Assembly: GCF_964204645.1 (NCBI RefSeq)
Contig: NW_027437468.1
Location: 15,001 to 79,000 of the forward strand
Origin: Tubulanus polymorphus
Taxonomy: Eukaryota > Animalia > Nemertea
Reading direction: 5' to 3'
DNA length: 64,000 nt
The notes under the pieces were generated by a model. It saw nothing but the letters and a program-made list of their open reading frames with translations, was not told the origin of the DNA and did not search any database. The translations under genes were made by a program, and so were the position numbers. Below, in pieces: positions 1-11,100 of the stretch. The stretch's first letter is position 1; each line of letters starts with the position of its first letter.

Positions 1-361
1 ATCATCTTCAGAACCAAAAGCAGCCAGAAAATTCGGTTTCTTTCCACCTATCTATTTGAAATCAGTTCAATACACCCAAACCCATCAATTAAGTTATAAT
101 TCATCATCTTTAGAACCATATTTCGCTAGAAAAATCTGTATCTTTCAACCCATCTACTCGAAATAAGTTCAGTTTACCTTAACCTATCATTTCGGATCGA
201 GTCTATCATCTTCAGAACCAAATGCAGCCAGAAAATTCTTATTCTTTCCACCTATCTATTTGAAATCAGTTCAATACGTCTTTACTCATCTTTTCAGATT
301 GAATCCATCATCTTCAGAACCAAAAGCAGCCAGAAAATTCTTATTCTTTCCACCTATCTAT

Positions 362-463
362 TTGAAATCAGTTCAATACGCCTTTACTCATCTTTTCAGA
401 TTGAATCCATCATCTTTAGAACCAAAAGCAGCCAGAAAATTCTGTTTCTTTCCACCTATCTAT
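362..463 (+). repeat. Exemplar type-A monomer (dominant family)
   Basis: Matches the consensus. Subtypes differ at a few sites: CTTTACTCA vs CTTAACCCA, TTCAGA vs TTTAGA, CTGTTT/CGGTTT/CTTATT/CTGATT. Confidence 0.95.
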
Positions 464-565
464 TTGAAATCAGTTCAATACGCCTTTACTCATCTTTTCA
501 GATTGAATCCATCATCTTCAGAACCAAAAGCAGCCAGAAAATTCTTATTCTTTCCACCTATCTAT

Positions 566-769
566 TTGATATCAGTTCAATACACCCAAACCCATCAATT
601 AAGATAGAATTCATCATCTTTAGAACCATATTTAGCTAGAAAAATCTGTATCTTTCAACCCATCTACTCGAAATAAGTTCAGTTTACCTTAACCTATCAT
701 TTCGGATCGAGTCTATCATCTTCAGAACCAAATGCAGCCAGAAAATTCTCATTCTTTCCACCTATCTAT
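566..769 (+). repeat. Exemplar B1+B2 dimer (two divergent 102-bp monomers that almost always occur together)
   Basis: B1 carries TACACCCAAACCCATCAATTAAG...CCATATTTAGCTAGAAAAATCTGTATCTTTCAACCCATCTAC. B2 carries TCGAAATAAGTTCAGTTTACCTTAACCTATCATTTCGGATCGAGTCTATC...AAATGCAGCC. Both align without gaps to A and recur throughout the window. Confidence 0.93.
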
Positions 770-1075
770 TTAAAATCAGTTCAATACGCCTTAACCCATC
801 TTTTCAGATTGAATCCATCAACTTCAGAAGCATAAGTAGTCAGAAAATTCTTAATCTTTCAACCAATCTATTAAAAATCAGTTCTGTACATCCTAACCCA
901 TCAATTAAGATAGAATTCATCATCTTTAGAACCATATTTAGCTAGCAAAATCTGTATCTTTCAACCCATCTACTCGAAATAAGTTCAGTTTACCTTATCC
1001 TATCATTTCAGATCGAGTCTATCATCCTCAGAACAGAAAGCAGCCAGAAAATTCTGATTCTTTCAACCTATCTAT
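770..1075 (+). repeat. Exemplar type-C three-monomer cassette (most divergent family)
   Basis: Diagnostic TCAACTTCAGAAGCATAAGTAGTCAG...TTCTGTACATCCTAACC, here followed by a B2 variant (TTATCC, TTCAGATCG, CCTCAGAACAGAAAGC). I counted 17 copies of the GAAGCATAAGTAGTC marker, from about 827 to 57669. Confidence 0.9.
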
Positions 1076-2095
1076 TTGAAATCAGTTCAATACGACTTTA
1101 CTCATCTTTTCAGATTGAATCCATCATCTTCAGAACCAAAAGCAGCCAGAAAATTCTGATTCTTTCAACCTATCTATTTGAAATCAGTTCAATACGCCTT
1201 TACTCATCTTTTCAGATTGAATCCATCATCTTTAGAACCAAAAGCAGCCAGAAAATTCTGTTTCTTTCCACCTATCTATTTGAAATCAGTTCAATACGCC
1301 TTTACTCATCTTTTCAGATTGAATCCATCATCTTCAGAACCAAAAGCAGCCAGAAAATTCTTATTCTTTCCACCTATCTATTTGATATCAGTTCAATACA
1401 CCCAAACCCATCAATTAAGATAGAATTCATCATCTTTAGAACCATATTTAGCTAGAAAAATCTGTATCTTTCAACCCATCTACTCGAAATAAGTTCAGTT
1501 TACCTTAACCTATCATTTCGGATCGAGTCTATCATCTTCAGAACCAAATGCAGCCAGAAAATTCTCATTCTTTCCACCTATCTATTTGAAATCAGTTCAA
1601 TACGCCTTTACTCATCTTTTCAGATTGAATCCATCATCTTTAGAACCAAAAGCAGCCAGAAAATTCTGTTTCTTTCCACCTATCTATTTGAAATCAGTTC
1701 AATACGCCTTTACTCATCTTTTCAGATTGAATCCATCATCTTCAGAACCAAAAGCAGCCAGAAAATTCTTATTCTTTCCACCTATCTATTTGATATCAGT
1801 TCAATACACCCAAACCCATCAATTAAGATAGAATTCATCATCTTTAGAACCATATTTAGCTAGAAAAATCTGTATCTTTCAACCCATCTACTCGAAATAA
1901 GTTCAGTTTACCTTAACCTATCATTTCGGATCGAGTCTATCATCTTCAGATCCAAATGCAGCCAGAAAATTCTGATTCTTTCCACCAATCTATTTGAAAT
2001 CAGTTCAATAAGCCTTAACCCATCTTTTCAGATTGAATCCATCATCTTTAGAACCAAAAGCAGCCAGAAAATTCGGTTTCTTTCCACCTATCTAT

Positions 2096-2196
2096 TTGAA
2101 ATCAGTTCAATACGCCTTAACCCATCTTTTCACATTGATCCATCATCTTTAGAAACAAAAGCAGCCAGAAAATTCTGTTTCTTTCCACCTATCTTT
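2096..2196 (+). repeat. Exemplar type-D 101-bp monomer (1-bp deletion variant)
   Basis: CACATTGATCC replaces CAGATTGAATCC, usually with GAAACAAAAGC. The next monomer starts 101 bp later (2197). About 30 copies in the window. Confidence 0.93.
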
Positions 2197-5100
2197 TTGA
2201 AATCAGTTCAATACGCCCTAACTCATCTTTTCAGATTGAATCCATCATCTTCAGAACCAAAAGCAGCCAGAAAATTCGGTTTCTTTCCACCTATCTATTT
2301 GAAATCAGTTCAATACACCCAAACCCATCAATTAAGTTATAATTCATCATCTTTAGAACCATATTTCGCTAGAAAAATCTGTATCTTTCAACCCATCTAC
2401 TCGAAATAAGTTCAGTTTACCTTAACCTATCATTTCGGATCGAGTCTATCATCTTCAGAACCAAATGCAGCCAGAAAATTCTTATTCTTTCCACCTATCT
2501 ATTTGAAATCAGTTCAATACACCCAAACCCATCAATTAAGTTATAATTCATCATCTTTAGAACCATATTTAGCTAGAAAAATCTGTATCTTTCAACCCAT
2601 CTACTCGAAATAAGTTCAGTTTACCTTAACCTATCATTTCGGATCGAGTCTATCATCTTCAGAACCAAATGCAGCCAGAAAATTCTCATTCTTTCCACCT
2701 ATCTATTTAAAATCAGTTCAATACGCCTTAACCCATCTTTTCAGATTGAATCCATCAACTTCAGAAGCATAAGTAGTCAGAAAATTCTTAATCTTTCAAC
2801 CAATCTATTAAAAATCAGTTCTGTACATCCTAACCCATCAATTAAGATAGAATTCATCATCTTTAGAACCATATTTAGCTAGAAAAATCTGTATCTTTCA
2901 ACCCATCTACTCGAAATAAGTTCAGTTTACCTTATCCTATCATTTCAGATCGAGTCTATCATCCTCAGAACAGAAAGCAGCCAGAAAATTCTGATTCTTT
3001 CAACCTATCTATTTAAAATCAGTTCAATACGCCTTTACTCATCTTTTCAGATTGAATCCATCATCTTCAGAACCAAAAGCAGCCAGAAAATTCTGTTTCT
3101 TTCCACCTATCTATTTGAAATCAGTTCAATACGCCTTTACTCATCTTTTCAGATTGAATCCATCATCTTTAGAACCAAAAGCAGCCAGAAAATTCTGTTT
3201 CTTTCCACCTATCTATTTGAAATCAGTTCAATACGCCTTTACTCATCTTTTCAGATTGAATCCATCATCTTCAGAACCAAAAGCAGCCAGAAAATTCTTA
3301 TTCTTTCCACCTATCTATTTGATATCAGTTCAATACACCCAAACCCATCAATTAAGATAGAATTCATCATCTTTAGAACCATATTTAGCTAGAAAAATCT
3401 GTATCTTTCAACCCATCTACTCGAAATAAGTTCAGTTTACCTTAACCTATCATTTCGGATCGAGTCTATCATCTTCAGAACCAAATGCAGCCAGAAAATT
3501 CTCATTCTTTCCACCTATCTATTTGAAATCAGTTCAATACGCCTTTACTCATCTTTTCAGATTGAATCCATCATCTTTAGAACCAAAAGCAGCCAGAAAA
3601 TTCTGTTTCTTTCCACCTATCTATTTGAAATCAGTTCAATACGCCTTTACTCATCTTTTCAGATTGAATCCATCATCTTCAGAACCAAAAGCAGCCAGAA
3701 AATTCTTATTCTTTCCACCTATCTATTTGATATCAGTTCAATACACCCAAACCCATCAATTAAGATAGAATTCATCATCTTTAGAACCATATTTAGCTAG
3801 AAAAATCTGTATCTTTCAACCCATCTACTCAAAATAAGTTCAGTTTACCTTAACCTATCATTTCGGATCGAGTCTATCATCTTCAGAACCAAATGCAGCC
3901 AGAAAATTCTCATTCTTTCCACCTATCTATTTGAAATCAGTTCAATACGCCTTTACTCATCTTTTCAGATTGAATCCATCATCTTTAGAACCAAAAGCAG
4001 CCAGAAAATTCTGTTTCTTTCCACCTATCTATTTGAAATCAGTTCAATACGCCTTTACTCATCTTTTCAGATTGAATCCATCATCTTCAGAACCAAAAGC
4101 AGCCAGAAAATTCTTATTCTTTCCACCTATCTATTTGATATCAGTTCAATACACCCAAACCCATCAATTAAGATAGAATTCATCATCTTTAGAACCATAT
4201 TTAGCTAGAAAAATCTGTATCTTTCAACCCATCTACTCGAAATAAGTTCAGTTTACCTTAACCTATCATTTCGGATCGAGTCTATCATCTTCAGAACCAA
4301 ATGCAGCCAGAAAATTCTGATTCTTTCCACCAATCTATTTGAAATCAGTTCAATAAGCCTTAACCCATCTTTTCAGATTGAATCCATCATCTTTAGAACC
4401 AAAAGCAGCCAGAAAATTCTGTTTCTTTCCACCTATCTATTTGAAATCAGTTCAATACGCCTTAACCCATCTTTTCACATTGATCCATCATCTTTAGAAA
4501 CAAAAGCAGCCAGAAAATTCTGTTTCTTTCCACCTATCTTTTTGAAATCAGTTCAATACGCCCTAACTCATCTTTTCAGATTGAATCCATCATCTTCAGA
4601 ACCAAAAGCAGCCAGAAAATTCGGTTTCTTTCCACCTATCTATTTGAAATCAGTTCAATACACCCAAACCCATCAATTAAGTTATAATTCATCATCTTTA
4701 GAACCATATTTCGCTAGAAAAATCTGTATCTTTCAACCCATCTACTCGAAATAAGTTCAGTTTACCTTAACCTATCATTTCGGATCGAGTCTATCATCTT
4801 CAGAACCAAATGCAGCCAGAAAATTCTTATTCTTTCCACCTATCTATTTGAAATCAGTTCAATACACCCAAACCCATCAATTAAGTTATAATTCATCATC
4901 TTTAGAACCATATTTAGCTAGAAAAATCTGTATCTTTCAACCCATCTACTCGAAATAAGTTCAGTTTACCTTAACCTATCATTTCGGATCGAGTCTATCA
5001 TCTTCAGAACCAAATGCAGCCAGAAAATTCTGATTCTTTCCACCTATCTATTTGAAATCAGTTCAATACGTCTTTACTCATCTTTTCAGATTGAATCCAT

Positions 5101-8100
5101 CATCTTTAGAACCAAAAGCAGCCAGAAAATTCTGTTTCTTTCCACCTATCTATTTGAAATCAGTTCAATACGCCTTTACTCATCTTTTCAGATTGAATCC
5201 ATCATCTTTAGAACCAAAAGCAGCCAGAAAATTCTGTTTCTTTCCACCTATCTATTTGAAATCAGTTCAATACGCCTTTACTCATCTTTTCAGATTGAAT
5301 CCATCATCTTTAGAACCAAAAGCAGCCAGAAAATTCTGTTTCTTTCCACCTATCTATTTGAAATCAGTTCAATACGCCTTTACTCATCTTTTCAGATTGA
5401 ATCCATCATCTTCAGAACCAAAAGCAGCCAGAAAATTCTTATTCTTTCCACCTATCTATTTGATATCAGTTCAATACACCCAAACCCATCAATTAAGATA
5501 GAATTCATCATCTTTAGAACCATATTTAGCTAGAAAAATCTGTATCTTTCAACCCATCTACTCGAAATAAGTTCAGTTTACCTTAACCTATCATTTCGGA
5601 TCGAGTCTATCATCTTCAGAACCAAATGCAGCCAGAAAATTCTTATTCTTTCCACCTATCTATTTGAAATCAGTTCAATACGCCTTTACTCATCTTTTCA
5701 GATTGAATCCATCATCTTCAGAACCAAAAGCAGCCAGAAAATTCTTATTCTTTCCACCTATCTATTTGATATCAGTTCAATACACCCAAACCCATCAATT
5801 AAGATAGAATTCATCATCTTTAGAACCATATTTAGCTAGAAAAATCTGTATCTTTTAACCCATCTACTCGAAATAAGTTCAGTTTACCTTAACCTATCAT
5901 TTCGGATCGAGTCTATCATCTTCAGAACCAAATGCAGCCAGAAAATTCTGATTCTTTCCACCAATCTATTTGAAATCAGTTCAATAAGCCTTTACTCATC
6001 TTTTCAGATTGAATCCATCATCTTTAGAACCAAAAGCAGCCAGAAAATTCTGTTTCTTTCCACCTATCTATTTGAAATCAGTTCAATACGCCTTTACTCA
6101 TCTTTTCAGATTGAATCCATCATCTTCAGAACCAAAAGCAGCCAGAAAATTCTTATTCTTTCCACCTATCTATTTGATATCAGTTCAATACACCCAAACC
6201 CATCAATTAAGATAGAATTCATCATCTTTAGAACCATATTTAGCTAGAAAAATCTGTATCTTTCAACCCATCTACTCGAAATAAGTTCAGTTTACCTTAA
6301 CCTATCATTTCGGATCGAGTCTATCATCTTCAGAACCAAATGCAGCCAGAAAATTCTGATTCTTTCCACCAATCTATTTGAAATCAGTTCAATAAGCCTT
6401 AACCCATCTTTTCAGATTGAATCCATCATCTTTAGAACCAAAAGCAGCCAGAAAATTCTGTTTCTTTCCACCTATCTATTTGAAATCAGTTCAATACGCC
6501 TTAACCCATCTTTTCACATTGATCCATCATCTTTAGAAACAAAAGCAGCCAGAAAATTCTGTTTCTTTCCACCTATCTTTTTGAAATCAGTTCAATACGC
6601 CCTAACTCATCTTTTCAGATTGAATCCATCATCTTCAGAACCAAAAGCAGCCAGAAAATTCGGTTTCTTTCCACCTATCTATTTGAAATCAGTTCAATAC
6701 ACCCAAACCCATCAATTAAGTTATAATTCATCATCTTTAGAACCATATTTCGCTAGAAAAATCTGTATCTTTCAACCCATCTACTCGAAATAAGTTCAGT
6801 TTACCTTAACCTATCATTTCGGATCGAGTCTATCATCTTCAGAACCAAATGCAGCCAGAAAATTCTTATTCTTTCCACCTATCTATTTGAAATCAGTTCA
6901 ATACACCCAAACCCATCAATTAAGTTATAATTCATCATCTTTAGAACCATATTTAGCTAGAAAAATCTGTATCTTTCAACCCATCTACTCGAAATAAGTT
7001 CAGTTTACCTTAACCTATCATTTCGGATCGAGTCTATCATCTTCAGAACCAAATGCAGCCAGAAAATTCTGATTCTTTCCACCTATCTATTTGAAATCAG
7101 TTCAATACGTCTTTACTCATCTTTTCAGATTGAATCCATCATCTTCAGAACCAAAAGCAGCCAGAAAATTCTGTTTCTTTCCACCTATCTATTTGAAATC
7201 AGTTCAATACGCCTTTACTCATCTTTTCAGATTGAATCCATCATCTTTAGAACCAAAAGCAGCCAGAAAATTCTGTTTCTTTCCACCTATCTATTTGAAA
7301 TCAGTTCAATACGCCTTTACTCATCTTTTCAGATTGAATCCATCATCTTTAGAACCAAAAGCAGCCAGAAAATTCTGTTTCTTTCCACCTATCTATTTGA
7401 AATCAGTTCAATACGCCTTTACTCATCTTTTCAGATTGAATCCATCATCTTCAGAACCAAAAGCAGCCAGAAAATTCTTATTCTTTCCACCTATCTATTT
7501 GATATCAGTTCAATACACCCAAACCCATCAATTAAGATAGAATTCATCATCTTTAGAACCATATTTAGCTAGAAAAATCTGTATCTTTCAACCCATCTAC
7601 TCGAAATAAGTTCAGTTTACCTTAACCTATCATTTCGGATCGAGTCTATCATCTTCAGAACCAAATGCAGCCAGAAAATTCTTATTCTTTCCACCTATCT
7701 ATTTGAAATCAGTTCAATACGCCTTTACTCATCTTTTCAGATTGAATCCATCATCTTTAGAACCAAAAGCAGCCAGAAAATTCTGTTTCTTTCCACCTAT
7801 CTATTTGAAATCAGTTCAATACGCCTTTACTCATCTTTTCAGATTGAATCCATCATCTTCAGAACCAAAAGCAGCCAGAAAATTCTTATTCTTTCCACCT
7901 ATCTATTTGATATCAGTTCAATACACCCAAACCCATCAATTAAGATAGAATTCATCATCTTTAGAACCATATTTAGCTAGAAAAATCTGTATCTTTTAAC
8001 CCATCTACTCGAAATAAGTTCAGTTTACCTTAACCTATCATTTCGGATCGAGTCTATCATCTTCAGAACCAAATGCAGCCAGAAAATTCTGATTCTTTCC

Positions 8101-11100
8101 ACCAATCTATTTGAAATCAGTTCAATAAGCCTTAACCCATCTTTTCAGATTGAATCCATCATCTTTAGAACCAAAAGCAGCCAGAAAATTCGGTTTCTTT
8201 CCACCTATCTATTTGAAATCAGTTCAATACGCCTTAACCCATCTTTTCACATTGATCCATCATCTTTAGAAACAAAAGCAGCCAGAAAATTCTGTTTCTT
8301 TCCACCTATCTACTCGAAATAAGTTCAGTTTACCTTATCCTATCATTTCAGATCGAGTCTATCATCCTCAGAACCAAAAGCAGCCAGAAAATTCTTATTC
8401 TTTCCACCTATCTATTTGATATCAGTTCAATACACCCAAACCCATCAATTAAGATAGAATTCATCATCTTTAGAACCATATTTAGCTAGAAAAATCTGTA
8501 TCTTTCAACCCATCTACTCGAAATAAGTTCAGTTTACCTTAACCTATCATTTCGGATCGAGTCTATCATCTTCAGAACCAAATGCAGCCAGAAAATTCTC
8601 ATTCTTTCCACCTATCTATTTGAAATCAGTTCAATACGCCTTTACTCATCTTTTCAGATTGAATCCATCATCTTTAGAACCAAAAGCAGCCAGAAAATTC
8701 TGTTTCTTTCCACCTATCTATTTGAAATCAGTTCAATACGCCTTTACTCATCTTTTCAGATTGAATCCATCATCTTCAGAACCAAAAGCAGCCAGAAAAT
8801 TCTTATTCTTTCCACCTATCTATTTGATATCAGTTCAATACACCCAAACCCATCAATTAAGATAGAATTCATCATCTTTAGAACCATATTTAGCTAGAAA
8901 AATCTGTATCTTTCAACCCATCTACTCGAAATAAGTTCAGTTTACCTTAACCTATCATTTCGGATCGAGTCTATCATCTTCAGAACCAAATGCAGCCAGA
9001 AAATTCTGATTCTTTCCACCAATCTATTTGAAATCAGTTCAATAAGCCTTAACCCATCTTTTCAGATTGAATCCATCATCTTTAGAACCAAAAGCAGCCA
9101 GAAAATTCGGTTTCTTTCCACCTATCTATTTGAAATCAGTTCAATACGCCTTAACCCATCTTTTCACATTGATCCATCATCTTTAGAAACAAAAGCAGCC
9201 AGAAAATTCTGTTTCTTTCCACCTATCTTTTTGAAATCAGTTCAATACGCCCTAACTCATCTTTTCAGATTGAATCCATCATCTTCAGAACCAAAAGCAG
9301 CCAGAAAATTCGGTTTCTTTCCACCTATCTATTTGAAATCAGTTCAATACACCCAAACCCATCAATTAAGTTATAATTCATCATCTTTAGAACCATATTT
9401 AGCTAGAAAAATCTGTATCTTTCAACCCATCTACTCGAAATAAGTTCAGTTTACCTTAACCTATCATTTCGGATCGAGTCTATCATCTTCAGAACCAAAT
9501 GCAGCCAGAAAATTCTGATTCTTTCCACCTATCTATTTGAAATCAGTTCAATACGTCTTTACTCATCTTTTCAGATTGAATCCATCATCTTCAGAACCAA
9601 AAGCAGCCAGAAAATTCTTATTCTTTCCACCTATCTATTTGAAATCAGTTCAATACGCCTTTACTCATCTTTTCAGATTGAATCCATCATCTTTAGAACC
9701 AAAAGCAGCCAGAAAATTCTGTTTCTTTCCACCTATCTATTTGAAATCAGTTCAATACGCCTTTACTCATCTTTTCAGATTGAATCCATCATCTTCAGAA
9801 CCAAAAGCAGCCAGAAAATTCTTATTCTTTCCACCTATCTATTTGATATCAGTTCAATACACCCAAACCCATCAATTAAGATAGAATTCATCATCTTTAG
9901 AACCATATTTAGCTAGAAAAATCTGTATCTTTCAACCCATCTACTCGAAATAAGTTCAGTTTACCTTAACCTATCATTTCGGATCGAGTCTATCATCTTC
10001 AGAACCAAATGCAGCCAGAAAATTCTCATTCTTTCCACCTATCTATTTAAAATCAGTTCAATACGCCTTAACCCATCTTTTCAGATTGAATCCATCAACT
10101 TCAGAAGCATAAGTAGTCAGAAAATTCTTAATCTTTCAACCAATCTATTAAAAATCAGTTCTGTACATCCTAACCCATCAATTAAGATAGAATTCATCAT
10201 CTTTAGAACCATATTTAGCTAGAAAAATCTGTATCTTTCAACCCATCTACTCGAAATAAGTTCAGTTTACCTTATCCTATCATTTCAGATCGAGTCTATC
10301 ATCCTCAGAACAGAAAGCAGCCAGAAAATTCTGATTCTTTCAACCTATCTATTTGAAATCAGTTCAATACGCCTTTACTCATCTTTTCAGATTGAATCCA
10401 TCATCTTCAGAACCAAAAGCAGCCAGAAAATTCTGTTTCTTTCCACCTATCTATTTGAAATCAGTTCAATACGCCTTTACTCATCTTTTCAGATTGAATC
10501 CATCATCTTTAGAACCAAAAGCAGCCAGAAAATTCTGTTTCTTTCCACCTATCTATTTGAAATCAGTTCAATACGCCTTTACTCATCTTTTCAGATTGAA
10601 TCCATCATCTTCAGAACCAAAAGCAGCCAGAAAATTCTTATTCTTTCCACCTATCTATTTGATATCAGTTCAATACACCCAAACCCATCAATTAAGATAG
10701 AATTCATCATCTTTAGAACCATATTTAGCTAGAAAAATCTGTATCTTTCAACCCATCTACTCGAAATAAGTTCAGTTTACCTTAACCTATCATTTCGGAT
10801 CGAGTCTATCATCTTCAGAACCAAATGCAGCCAGAAAATTCTCATTCTTTCCACCTATCTATTTGAAATCAGTTCAATACGTCTTTACTCATCTTTTCAG
10901 ATTGAATCCATCATCTTTAGAACCAAAAGCAGCCAGAAAATTCTGTTTCTTTCCACCTATCTATTTGAAATCAGTTCAATACGCCTTTACTCATCTTTTC
11001 AGATTGAATCCATCATCTTTAGAACCAAAAGCAGCCAGAAAATTCTGTTTCTTTCCACCTATTTATTTGAAATCAGTTCAATACACCCCAACCCATCAAT

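Noticed and set aside
88-102. TATAAT -10 box in B1 monomers
   Set aside because: No correctly spaced -35 element and no downstream gene. It is just one allele (AAGTTATAAT vs AAGATAGAAT) of the repeat.
432-446. Heat-shock-element-like AGAAAATTCT (nGAAnnTTCn) in most monomers
   Set aside because: Only two pentamers are present, whereas canonical HSEs need three. A match of this size is expected by chance in AT-rich DNA.
361-462. TPR or ankyrin repeat assignment based on the 34-codon length
   Set aside because: Neither strand's translation shows the TPR small/large hydrophobic consensus or the ankyrin TPLH motif. Length alone is not evidence.
695-720. CENP-B box candidate around TTTCGGATCGAG
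   Set aside because: It has TTCG but lacks the A..CGGG part of the 17-bp motif.
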